A stretch of DNA of 62,928 nt, filler included, from Octopus bimaculoides (Eukaryota): NCBI RefSeq assembly GCF_001194135.2. It is 5 parts of 3 records of this genome, joined end to end, with 100 filler letters (N's around TTAATTAATTAA, not from the genome) between each part and the next. Parts side by side here need not be neighbours in the genome. Positions count along the whole stretch, not along the records: positions 31,568 to 48,453 come from NC_068982.1; positions 48,554 to 55,907 come from NC_068982.1; 3 more parts are not named here. One strand, given 5' to 3'. Positions 38,690-49,899 of the stretch are shown in pieces. Below the pieces are notes generated by a model. The model searched no databases, had not been told where the DNA came from, and worked only from the letters and a program-made list of their open reading frames with translations. Numbering within the stretch: the stretch's first letter is position 1; every line of letters starts with the position of its first letter. A program made the position numbers and the translations under genes.

Positions 38690-39655
38690 TTTTGGTACAA
38701 GGTCACCAATTGTGAGGGGTGTAGAGACGTTGATTACATCAACCTCAGTTGAGTAGTGGTACTCAACCCCCGAAAAGATGAAACGCTAATTTGACGTCGA
38801 CATAATTCTAACTCAGAGCGTAAAGATTTGAAAGAAAGAAAGGGCACTAAGTATTTTGCTCGATGTGCAAACGATTCTGCTAGCTCGCCGTATTATGTCG
38901 AGTTATTATCATTTCTATTATAGGACTGAAATTTTGTGGGAGGTGTAGGTCGATTAGATCGATCCCAGTATTTAAGCAGCATTTATTTTATCGACGCGAA
39001 AACGTTTAAAAACATAGTCGACCTCAGTGGAATTTGAACTCTGAACGTAAAAGACGAAATGCCGCTAAGCGTTTTGCCCGGCCTGCTAACGATTCTTTTC
39101 TACTCTAGGCACAAGGACCGAAATTTTGGGGGAGAGGCCAGTCAACTAGTACTTAATTTATTGACCCTGAAAGGATGAAAGGCAAAGTCGACCTCGGCGG
39201 AATTTGAACTCAGTACGTAAAGACAGACGAAAACTGCTAAGCATTTTGTCCAGCATGCTAACGATTTGGTTTCAAATTTTGGCACAAAGCCAACATTTTC
39301 AGGAGAGGAGGCTTGTCGATTACATCGACCCCAGTGCTCAACCGGGGTTTATCTTATCGACCCCGAAAGGACAAAAGGCAAAGTCGACTTCGGAGAAATT
39401 TGAACTCAGAATGTAATGACGGACGAAATGTCGCTAAGCATTTTGCTAGGTGTGCTAACGATTCTTTTCTACTCTAGGCACAAGGACCGAAATTTTGGGG
39501 GAGGGGCCAGTCAACTAGTACTTAATTTATTGACCCCGAAAAAATGAAAGGCAAAGTCGACTACGGTAGAATTTCAACTCAGAACATAAAAACAAACGAA
39601 ATACCGCTAAGCATTTCGGATCGGCGTGCTAACGATTCTGCCAGCTCACCGCTTT
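38690..39655 (-). repeat. Head-to-tail array of about five SINE family A units
   Basis: Repeated ...gtcgacctcggcggaatttgaactcag...gctaagcattttg...gctaacgatt. Units at about 38690, 38920, 39090, 39265 and 39460; only the last retains ctgccagctcaccgc. Confidence 0.88.
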
Positions 39656-39730
39656 TAAGTCGAGTTATAATATAACAATTTCACATCAAACTGATGGAGT
39701 ACTCAAAAATATTTGTAGAGTACATGTTTG

Positions 39731-39864
39731 GTATACTTTTACAAGAGGAGGGATGACAGTGACTTCGAAATTTTGGCCTGCCTAGTATTCGACGTACAGT
39801 CCAACGAAGGCTAGCAGGCCAAAACTTCGGAGTTACTGTCACCCTGTCTTGAAAAAGGATATGC
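39731..39864. mobile_element. Fold-back with ~55-bp arms containing a hammerhead-like fold
   Basis: Left gtatacttttacaagaggagggatgacagtgacttcgaaattttggcctgcctag pairs with right ctagcaggccaaaacttcggagttactgtcaccctgtcttgaaaaaggatatgc. Right: acagt-CCAACGA-a ggc tagcag gcc-AAAAC-ttcgga-GTT-actgt. Confidence 0.65.
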
Positions 39865-39898
39865 GCGTACGTATATACGTACTTACATATGAACTTAC

Positions 39899-40086
39899 AC
39901 CCTGCCCTCGTCTGTGATCCCTAGTTCTCCGTGCCTAGACCATCAGCCGTCAGGGCTTCACTCGCTGCTCATACATTTCCTGCTGGTTTTGACTGACAAA
40001 ATGTTCAAGAGGAACATTAATGGCGTCAGTCTCATCGGTTTACGAAGGTTTGGAAAAGTAATGTTCGCTGCTCCTTCGTCTAGACA
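39899..40086 (-). CDS. Candidate exon of the minus-strand gene with an in-frame stop (CLDEGAANITFPNLRKPMRLTPLMFLLNILSVKTSRKCMSSE*); may be non-coding or use an internal donor at 39975
   Basis: Acceptor tgtattatttgcag| and donor GGT|gtaagt are both strong; phase 0 matches the exon at 43619-43840; TGA at 39958-39960. Confidence 0.3.
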
Positions 40087-41699
40087 CTGCAAATAATACA
40101 ATGTATATCCATGTGTTTGCGAGCGTCTCCGCTCGCATTTAACTGAACAATGGCAAATATCCAGCACAATATGCTTTCTTAATTGTTTTCAATCGTTTTC
40201 TCAAGGAGTATCTTTCTGAAAATCTACTCCTTGACACTATTCCGGTTTTACGCTCGTCTCTATTTGTCATTCACATCGCTAAACCCATCAGCTAAAACAC
40301 GCAGGACAGAAACTTCTCACGATTCCTTTTTTGCGACGAAACCTCTACGTGGTTAATTAACCTGCTAGAAAAAGCAGACAAATCTCATTGAAAACACACA
40401 TTAACTACCATAAAATAAAGTATGCTTCGAATAATGCAGACCGATAATTTGTGCCTGAGAAAATGAAGAGTAGATGGTCACAGCAGGAAGGCTTCGATCA
40501 TTTGTCTGAGTACGTAAGAAGCTATAATTAAATGATTGCTTAGATAGGGTGAGTGGGATACTATAGTAACAACTGTCGTATTATTGAAGCAAACAATACA
40601 GCAGAAATAAATTTATTGCTATCTATAAATTCTAAGATTCTACTGTTTGATTCGTTTGTCTCGTTGCAATTTCATGTAACATCAACAGCTGGATCGAATT
40701 TATCAAGTTGTATATATACAATCCATTTACTCTGTTGAGTACTTAGTAATCACATCATCAATTAAGTAGTCAATGATATAGATATCGATCGAGCTGTGAA
40801 GATTTCACCACGCATTAAGAAGTAAAACACTCGGTGAATTGATTCCTGAATCTGTTTCGTGTCTCAGTTGTAACTATTTTACCACATTTATGGAACTAAT
40901 TTGTTTGGAAATGCATGAACACCAAAACACCGCTAACTGGGGTGGGGTAAACAATATTTCTCTTAAATTATGGGTTGTTCACTACATATAGGGATATTTA
41001 ATCTCAGAAAATCTCAAGACACATGCTGATTCAGATCAGCCTCAGTTTGCTGTAAATATTTCTGTGGTTCAGATCTAGTTAAAATTTCGCTTCAGTTAAC
41101 TTTGCTATTGTTTTCTTTTTCTGGGATCAACAAAATAAATAAAATCTTAATTTATTTGACTGTGCTCGAATTCTAGAGAATTTACTCTGGTTTACAAATT
41201 CAACATTTGTATACAGCCATGATAGTGCACCTTCTTTTATATAATCGAGAAATTTGCTTATTAATTAGGTATGTAACAGTTACTAAAAGAAAGCAATTAT
41301 TAAAGGAAATTTTTCAGTATTACAATTTTTTTCATAAATTCATGTCCCATGAAATTTCCTGTAATTTCGATTTCTGAACTTTATTGAATATTTGAACTAG
41401 AAGTTTTTCACTAATTGAAATATTCGTTGCATTCACTGCGGAGTAGATTTAATAAACAATATTAACTCGTTACAGGCAAAGTTTTCCGTTTTCATTTGCA
41501 ACAGTCTCTCACTCTCTATAGCCTATATTTTCATTAATGATAATTTAATATATATTCATTTCAAGTTTTAATTCTCTAATTGCAAAATCCACAGTTTATT
41601 CTTAATATATAATATTAAGAACAATTGGAGAAAACATTCCAATCATACATGAGGTTGTCAAGGTTAGAAAAGTGGGAAGGTAGCACTAGTTGAATGAAT

Positions 41700-42863
41700 C
41701 GCTTCAGAAAATATCGGAGGAATAGTCTCCAACACAGCACATCAAGCTTCATGAATTATTAATCAATAGGACCGCTGAGATGTAATCAACGTCACTACGT
41801 ACAAGAACAAGAGGGAAAATTCTAACTGCTTTAACCATCTATTATCTAAGTAGGTGGGAACCTCACCCACTTATGATTTCATGCAGTTATGTTGTGGGCA
41901 TTGACTCGGAAACAGGTGGTGTTTTGGGTGCAGGGGGTTCAGGGGGTGAAAGTGGGTGCAGGGTGGTGCAAGTTCAGCCCCTAAATTGCTTTTCTTTTCG
42001 TGGGGGTGTAATGAAAATGCTTTGAAGATCGACAAACTGGGTTTGCATCACCTAAGCAAATTTCTTTCTCGCAGTTATAGTTGTGGGTTGCGGTGAGCTG
42101 CTGAGTCTTGGAAAGCATGTTATGATTCAACTACCGGAGATACCTTTCTATTTTAGGAAAAACCCTCGCAAGAATACTCTATACCATATTGATGGTCACC
42201 ATTGCAAAAGAACACTGAGAACTAATGTGGATTCAGGGCCATCAAGAGCATCACTGAATGGTATTTGTTCTCTAGAAGTTCCAAGAGAAACATGCGTGAT
42301 ATTTATAAACCTTATAAAAGCGTTCGTCGCTGTGATCAGTAACGGTCTGTGGAAAACCGGAGAATAATTGGGAGGCCTTTCATAATTCCTCAATATGGTC
42401 ATTTAGCAACATGAAGATCAGAGAGCCAAATCAGAATCAACAATGAACACTCAAAGCCCTTTCTAATACGAAACTGTACAAAGTGGTCTGCGTTTTCGTG
42501 CTTCATTTACTTCATTTTCAGTACGATGCTTCAAAGAAAACCTTGATGCGATGGTGGGGTTTTAGATCTGATACCGCATCAAAGACTACCAAATCAAGTC
42601 AAGGTTACTGCAGTTCCACACTAAAATAGTGAAATAACTTATTCAGGAGCTGCAATGGGACGATGAAGCTGCACTTGCTCTCCACACAGAATTATCCTTG
42701 TAGTTTATGATTTTCCGGTTTACAGAGCGAGCAAAGTTTTTCGGACTGAAAATAAGTTTGAATAAATATGACAGAAATATCACCAGTCTGGACTTCATAA
42801 AAATTGTCACACTTCTTACATTCGGTATGTGTGTGTGTTTGTGTGTTTGTTTGTTTGTTTGTT

Positions 42864-42944
<81 letters not shown>

Positions 42945-43290
42945 AAAAGAGAGAGGAAGAGCACGAGAAACAGATAGAGAGAACTGAAGATAGTTCACAA
43001 TTCACTGACTTGAGATGCATTATCATGTCAAAGACAAGATCGACTAGGAAGTTTGTCAATAGACTGTTAAAGGCAAAGAAAGTACATTTGACAGACTGCA
43101 GAAAAGGGTCTGGAGCTGCAATCAACTAAGCGTGAGGAGAAGAATAAAGATCAGCGTGTATGGAGCCATTGCTGTGAGCGCTCTACTGAAAGTGAGCGCT
43201 CAACTGTAACTCTCACCACTTACGTATCCTTCAGCACATCTACTAAAGACATTCCGAAACAGCAGTAACGATATCAGAACAGAACTTCCT
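41700..43290 (+). mobile_element. RTE-clade LINE reverse-transcriptase region, heavily decayed, interrupted by an insertion and a microsatellite
   Basis: Pieces read VINVTTYKNKRENSNC; GKTLARIL; VIFINLIKAFVAVISNGLWK; FLNMVI*QHEDQR; LIQELQWDDEAALALHT; FGLKISLNK; then aligns to the TYLGCIMS..NRL.KA..FGRL.KRVW..KI.VY.A pattern. The order matches RTE/BovB-type RT. Confidence 0.85.
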
Positions 43291-43530
43291 TAGGTGACTA
43301 TTGAAACAGAGCCCCTTATCCCCGTAGGCCATCATTACAAGCTAGCCTACAACTAACGTGAACAGACATTTACATGAATTTTAGTTCCCAAGACTAAGAC
43401 CCGGTGATTTGAGTGTGTTTATGTACATATAACAGAACATGGAAGCTTTCTTCTACATACGGATACATTCATACTATACAAATATACGTAGTCACATACA
43501 CACATGCATACATACATACACACACATACG

Positions 43531-43569
<39 letters not shown>

Positions 43570-43618
43570 TATATATTGATACATACATGCCTGCTTTCAT
43601 ACACATACATCTACTTAC

Positions 43619-43840
43619 AACGTAGTTAACAATCGTGGCGTCTTCCAGATTCAATTCAAAATACTTTTCTTCGTCCACCCCCATACATGCTGCACCCACT
43701 TCTTTTCTGTGACCTCCCTCCTCATCCTCCACCTCCTCTTTCCCATTCCCATTCCGGACAAGATCACTCCTCTCTTTGTCTGCAATTTCTATTGAAACTT
43801 CCAAGTGATCAACTAAGAATTGCTCCACTTCTGCCAAAAC
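43619..43840 (-). CDS. Internal coding exon (phase 0-0, 74 codons): VLAEVEQFLVDHLEVSIEIADKERSDLVRNGNGKEEVEDEEGGHRKEVGAACMGVDEEKYFELNLEDATIVNYV
   Basis: Acceptor gtaaatag|GTT and donor GTT|gtaagt; 222 nt open; protein-like composition in otherwise microsatellite DNA. Confidence 0.65.
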
Positions 43841-43949
43841 CTATTTACATGACTGGATATTCTTATCTTGCCTACCTGTTTTATACAGTTAATACATATA
43901 AGAAATAATATAAAGCAGAAGAGGAATGGGACGGGTAGTAGAAGAAAAT

Positions 43950-43955
43950 GTTTCC

Positions 43956-44042
<87 letters not shown>

Positions 44043-44116
44043 GGTGGTGGTGGTGATGATGATTATGATAATGGTGATGGTGAAGACTATGGTGATGCAG
44101 CTGATGATGCTGAAGA

Positions 44117-44170
<54 letters not shown>

Positions 44171-44410
44171 GTAATAATAATAATAATAATAATGATGATG
44201 ATGATGATGATGATGATAATAATAATAATTTCTTTATTGCCACAGGGCCGACAAACGGGGGACATTGCTATAGTAATAAAAATATTCATGACGATAATAA
44301 TAATAATAATAATAACAATAATAATAATAATAATAATAATGACTACAATGATGATGATGATGATGATGACGACGACGATTACGGCGACGATGACGACGAC
44401 AACGACGATG
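43950..44410. repeat. Compound (AAT)n/(GAT)n/(GAC)n microsatellite
   Basis: Directly visible; source of the poly-I, H, D, N and M ORFs. Confidence 0.95.
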
Positions 44411-44922
44411 GTAGTGAAGAGGAGGGGCAGTAGAGCTACGAATGCAACGACGACCACGATGAAAGCTCTGCTGTTCATGTTGATAATAAATAAGTAAATG
44501 CGAATTTCTCATCAATCTTTCAAGCCTAAGGCCAATGAAATCATTGTGAAGAGGGCAAAAAGGCGCAAGTATTCATATATGTCTGTCGATATTTCTATAA
44601 ATTCACTTGATAGTCAAGAAGTGTATGGTCAATAATACCACGAGTTGGATATTACGGCACAGCCATTTTTTTTTTCGTTTTTCGTTTTTCGTTTGCTTTT
44701 TTTTTTTATTTAACGTTTTCAACTATGGTGGAACAAAAGCTGCTTCCAATATACTCTCACACATACAGATACAGATACAAACAGAAATCTGTAATCGTAT
44801 ATACAGACACTGGTACGCACAACGTACGTATATATATACACCAGCATAGCCATATATTTAGTTATGTCCACGTAGATTGATACATGAATATGAACATGCA
44901 GACGACACATACACAGACATAC

Positions 44923-44968
<46 letters not shown>

Positions 44969-45854
44969 NNNNNNNNNNNNNNNNNNNNNNNNNNNNNNNN
45001 NNNNNNNNNNNNNNNNNNNNNNNNNNNNNNNNNNNNNNNNNNNNNNNNNNNNNNNNNNNNNNNNNNNNNNNNNNNNNNNNNNNNNNNNNNNNNNNNNNNN
45101 NNNNNNNNNNNNNNNNNNNNNNNNNNNNNNNNNNNNNNNNNNNNNNNNNNNNNNNNNNNNNNNNNNNNNNNNNNNNNNNNNNNNNNNNNNNNNNNNNNNN
45201 NNNNNNNNNNNNNNNNNNNNNNNNNNNNNNNNNNNNNNNNNNNNNNNNNNNNNNNNNNNNNNNNNNNNNNNNNNNNNNNNNNNNNNNNNNNNNNNNNNNN
45301 NNNNNNNNNNNNNNNNNNNNNNNNNNNNNNNNNNNNNNNNNNNNNNNNNNNNNNNNNNNNNNNNNNNNNNNNNNNNNNNNNNNNNNNNNNNNNNNNNNNN
45401 NNNNNNNNNNNNNNNNNNNNNNNNNNNNNNNNNNNNNNNNNNNNNNNNNNNNNNNNNNNNNNNNNNNNNNNNNNNNNNNNNNNNNNNNNNNNNNNNNNNN
45501 NNNNNNNNNNNNNNNNNNNNNNNNNNNNNNNNNNNNNNNNNNNNNNNNNNNNNNNNNNNNNNNNNNNNNNNNNNNTATATAGATATATATAAATATATAT
45601 ATATATACATATATGTATGTATATACATATATACATACATGCATATATGTTGGAGTCAGACAAATCAGTATAAATCACTCCAGTCTTTTACAGAACAACA
45701 AAAAATATATAGACCCATTTAAACTATTTCATATCTTCTGTCCATTCAGAAACTTTTCTTTTAGCTTTTCCCCACTCCCAAATATCCTACTCCATTTCAT
45801 TTCTAATTTATCTGTCTCGATATGTTTCTTATACATCCCATTCCTCCAGCATAC

Positions 45855-45974
45855 ATACTGTGTGTCCATAACTGGAGCTGGACTGAACTTGGCCAAACTG
45901 TAAGTATCATATTCTATAACTTGTCTGTTACTGTCTGCCAGTGGTATGTATGGTGATTTAGTTAACCCCAACGT
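45855..45974 (-). CDS. Internal coding exon (phase 0-0, 40 codons): TLGLTKSPYIPLADSNRQVIEYDTYSLAKFSPAPVMDTQY
   Basis: Acceptor gaattgtag|ACG; donor TAT|gtatgc; joins in frame to the 43840 exon (…DTQY|VLAEVEQFL…). Confidence 0.62.
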
Positions 45975-46128
45975 CTACAATTCTAAACCAAACATATGCT
46001 GTTCAGCTGTATGCCATTATATATTCCAGTAACGTACATAAACTCTCTATCCCTCTGTGTGCGTATGTGTGTGTGTGTATATATATATATATATGTATAG
46101 ATACATACATACATACACATATAAACAT

Positions 46129-46173
<45 letters not shown>

Positions 46174-46486
46174 NNNNNNNNNNNNNNNNNNNNNNNNNNN
46201 NNNNNNNNNNNNNNNNNNNNNNNNNNNNNNNNNNNNNNNNNNNNNNNNNNNNNNNNNNNNNNNNNNNNNNNNNNNNNNNNNNNNNNNNNNNNNNNNNNNN
46301 NNNNNNNNNNNNNNNNNNNNNNNNNNNNNNNNNNNNNNNNNNNNNNNNNNNNNNNNNNNNNNNNNNNNNNNNNNNNNNNNNNNNNNNNNNNNNNNNNNNN
46401 NNNNNNNNNNNNNNNNNNNNNNNNNNNNNNNNNNNNNNNNNNNNNNNNNNNNNNNNNNNNNNNNNATATATATTTATATAGATAGA

Positions 46487-46522
<36 letters not shown>

Positions 46523-46598
46523 TAAATAGATAGATAGATAAATAGATAGATAGACAGACAATTATGTAGGTTGATAGATTGATAAATAGATAGATATA

Positions 46599-47723
46599 CA
46601 TGGTGTTCGGGCAAAATTTGACAATTTGGCTAAAAAGAATAGAAAACACGATATCCCATTCAAAAAGAAGAATATCATAAGAGTAAAAAAAATATTCTTT
46701 TTTACTCTGGGCACAAGGCCCGAAATTTTTCGGGAGGCGGAAGTCGATTAGATCGACCCCAGTACGCAACTGGTACTTAGTTTATCGACCCCGAAAGGAT
46801 GAAATGCAAAGTCGACCTCGACAGAATTTAAACTCAGAACGTAAAGATAAACGAAATACCGCTAAGCATTTCGCCCGGCTTGCTAGCAATTCTGCCAGCT
46901 CGCCGCCTTAGAGTTAAAAAAATATTAACTGCATTATGGGTGGGAGATAACAGTTTGCTCAAAGTAGCCGTCCTCGGCTTCTGCCACAGCCTGAGACGGC
47001 TCCGGAAACTGATGCATGCATTCTTCACTGTGTCCCTAGGAAGATCTGCAAAGACCCACTTCATCCTAGCCACCAGCTCAACATTGATGCTGCTGGCAGA
47101 TTGGCTGGTGTCTTTCACAACTGCGCCTCTATGGAATTACAATCGGAAAAATTGGGAGGCCAAGATTTGAGGCTGGGGAAGTAGAAATTCTCCGACAACC
47201 GCTTCGGATTTTTCCGGAGATATAGCAAGGAGCCAAATCCTGTTACCACATAAAATGGTCTTGCAGCAGCAACCCTCTCCAATCAGTTTGACCACAGTCA
47301 GTGTCCAGCAGCTTCATATAGCTGTATTAACTGAAACTAAGGCTCTGCTGAAAGATATGAGGATGAATCCAGACGTGCGGATGCAGTCTGAATGTCTGCC
47401 GTGTCCCTTCCTACTTGCCACGGTTTCGTAATCTCCGTTGCAGCTGTCCATGTTACGTATCGCAGCCTTAACATTGTTCATAAAGCTTTGAGCAGCAGTC
47501 ATGAAGTCAACATTTTGACATCCGCCGCAATCATCATGTTACAGGTAACTGTTCCCCAATATCCAGATGGCTTCCAGTTCTTCGTGTTAGGTGATTTATT
47601 TTCTCAATTACAACTTTAATATTTATGCTCTCCAACGCTGTTGACTGTTCGCCAATCCATCGAGTTGTTCCTGAAAAAAAAGTGGGGACATAAAAAATCG
47701 TCAAATTTAGCACGAAGACTCTG
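46599..47723 (-). mobile_element. Internally deleted Tc1/mariner-superfamily (maT/DD37D-like) transposon with both TIRs and TA duplication
   Basis: TA|catggtgttcgggcaaaatttgacaattt ... aaatcgtcaaatttagcacgaagactctg|TA. Minus-strand remnants QDLAPCY, WLSENFY..WPPNFSDCN and KWVFADLPRDTVKNACISFRSRL. Confidence 0.85.
46697..46909 (-). mobile_element. SINE family A nested in the Tc1-like element, 17-bp TSD
   Basis: TSD agagtaaaaaaaatatt (46680-46696) / agagttaaaaaaatatt (46910-46926); intact head ctgccagctcgccgcc. Confidence 0.9.
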
Positions 47724-47729
47724 TAGAAT

Positions 47730-48235
47730 TGTTTATTAGGGCGTTGGGTTGTATTTGTTTTGAAAGTCTGCATTTTGAGTTCAAATCCCAAGGAGGTCAA
47801 CATTATATTCCATCCTTTCGGGCACAAGAAAGAAAGAAGGAAAGAAAGAAAGAAAGAAAGAAAAAGAAGGAAAGAAGACTCTGAAGAGTTGTTTGTGACA
47901 CATTGTGACATGGCTGTACATTTGAATTTTACGAACTGATCGATATGGTGATTCAAAAATCTCTAGCATTTTTAAGATACATAAAATTTATATTGTATAT
48001 ATCAATTTATATTTGATAATTCTATTGTAATTTTATTTTTAAGTAGTTTTAATTGTAGATAAATACAACGAATTACCTCAGTCATTATTAGAACGTTGGG
48101 TTGTTTTTGTTTTGAAAGTCTGCATTCTGAGTTCAAATCTCAACGAGGTCAACATTACATTTCATCGTTTCGGGCACAAGAAAGAAAGAAGGAAAGAAAG
48201 AAAAAAAGAAGGAAAGTAATAAGGAAAGAAGAACG
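47730..48235 (+). repeat. Local duplication of a degenerate SINE A fragment plus (GAAA)n tail
   Basis: gttgggttgt..gttttgaaagtctgcatt.tgagttcaaat...tttcgggcacaagaaagaaagaaggaaag occurs at about 47740-47880 and 48090-48235. Confidence 0.8.
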
Positions 48236-48249
48236 ATCTTTTGGGCTGG

Positions 48250-48389
48250 TGGATTGGTGGAATAAATAGTCAGGGATGATGCTTCACGGTATCTGTTCGG
48301 GAATTCTGGGTTCTGATATCAATGCCTACGACATTTGTACCAAGTCTACCTAGCAATACTATCTTCGCTATCTTGTCAATATCTGTTGA

Positions 48390-48390
<1 letters not shown>
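48250..48390 (-). mobile_element. Possible RTE RT fragment
   Basis: DKIAKIVLLGRL... resembles GKI.ARV.L.RL of RTE RT; short and decayed. Confidence 0.3.
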
Positions 48391-48453
<63 letters not shown>

Positions 48454-48553
48454 NNNNNNNNNNNNNNNNNNNNNNNNNNNNNNNNNNNNNNNNNNNNTTA
48501 ATTAATTAANNNNNNNNNNNNNNNNNNNNNNNNNNNNNNNNNNNNNNNNNNNN

Positions 48554-48911
48554 CCCAAGTAAAAACATTCCCAACAATTCAACTTCTCTGGTTGACATTA
48601 ACACCCCCACCCCCAATAGGGGCCTTCATTCCCACATTTTAGAGCTCCATGAGCTCCATTTTGCAGGAGCAAAATCTTTTTTACAGGTTCCAGAAGACTG
48701 AAATTTTGGAATATGCGCATAAAGATCAATAGTATGGGATACATGTCTCATGATTAGAATTTTTTAGGGTGTGTAAAGAGGGAAAGAACCCTCATGTGCA
48801 ATTTTGATGAAATTCGAATCATATGTATTCCAGTTCCTTACAGAAAATATAACAGAAAAGTCTCATTTTTCAATTGCATGTAACACGGGCAACGCCGGGT
48901 ATCTCTGCTAG
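48554..48911 (+). mobile_element. Non-autonomous Helitron 3' end
   Basis: Ends cacgggcaacgccgggtatctctgCTAG|t, i.e. an imperfect GC hairpin followed by CTAG and T, the Helitron 3' signature. Confidence 0.65.
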
Positions 48912-49298
48912 TACTTTATAAAGATATAGTATTTCATTTGATATGAATCTATTAAACGAAGAATATGGGAACTTTCTTTTCCTTTCGTTTCTCTGTTGAG
49001 TTCGTTTATTTCGATGATTTGTACTAAAAGTACACTCATCTCTACAAATGAATTTCTTACTGTCTTTTTTTTTTCTTTCTCGATCTTTGTTCAGATGTTT
49101 TGTGAGCTGTGCTGTCACTGTTTCAATTCCCTGTTATAAACATATAACACCAATTATTGATACCAGTGCATGACACGTTGTTTTATGCCTGGAATAAGCA
49201 ATGTTTTGCTTCATTGAAATTTAGGTATGTATGCAAGAAAGAATTATGTAAAAGAAGGTAAAGCAATATTGAAAAAAGAGCACTCAGAGAACGCAAAC

Positions 49299-49350
49299 TT
49301 CCGTCAAGGCAACACCAACGTCCTGGTGTCTTTTATTGAGCACATGGCTC
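49299..49350 (-). CDS. Candidate second coding exon (phase 2 to 0): (R)SHVLNKRHQDVGVALTE
   Basis: Strong acceptor tgtctcctctctttag|. Donor GAA|gtttgc is weak, and alternative phase-0 donors lie a few codons earlier. Joins in frame to the 45974 exon. Confidence 0.42.
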
Positions 49351-49461
49351 CTAAAGAGAGGAGACAATACAAGTACATAGAAAACAATACAATGGGGTAC
49401 ATAAAAACACATAACGTATGAAATTATGGATACAATGAAAAATGAGGATGGAATGACTTAC

Positions 49462-49472
49462 CTGCCCTCCAT
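49462..49472 (-). CDS. Candidate first coding exon ATG GAG GGC AG (MEG R); alternative start at 49488 (MKLPAYGGQ, phase 0)
   Basis: Consensus donor GGCAG|gtaagt; 111-nt GT-AG intron to 49350; in-frame TGA upstream of the ATG. Confidence 0.4.
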
Positions 49473-49512
49473 AAGCAGGCAGTTTCATTTTACTGTTTTT
49501 ATATAACGTTTT

Positions 49513-49774
49513 GCGGAGGCGCGTGGCCTAGTGGTTAGGGTGTCAGCATCATGATCGTAAGATTGTGGTTTCGATTCCTGGACCGGCGGACGAGTTGTGT
49601 TCTTGAGCAAAACACTTCATTTCATGTTGCTCCAGTCCACTCAGCTGGCAAAAATGAGTAACGCAGCGATGGACTGGCGTCTCGTCCAGCTGGTGAACAC
49701 CTACGCCACTGAAACCGGAAAACCGGGCCTATGAGCCTGGCTAGGCTTTATAAGGGCGCATTAATTTTATTTAT
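49513..49774 (+). mobile_element. SINE family C variant (V-domain-like gcgatggactggcgtctcgtccag) with 13-bp TSD
   Basis: TSD tatataacgtttt at 49500-49512 and 49775-49787; head gcggaggcgcgtggcctagtggttagg, B box ggtttcgattcc. Confidence 0.9.
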
Positions 49775-49899
49775 TATATAACGTTTTACTAACAGTTCAA
49801 TATCCTGTCTTGTATCTGTTGTTCTCCCTTTTTTCTTCTTTAAAAAAAAAAATTTACACAAAGTCATTAATTATTAAGTTCTTAAATTTCCTCAGTTAC

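Noticed and set aside
38690-39655. Regularly spaced repeats superficially like a CRISPR array
   Set aside because: The units are ~190-bp SINE copies with no unique spacers, in a eukaryotic context with no cas genes.
43813-44515. Several long ORFs with poly-I, H, D, N, M or Y
   Set aside because: Compound trinucleotide microsatellite.
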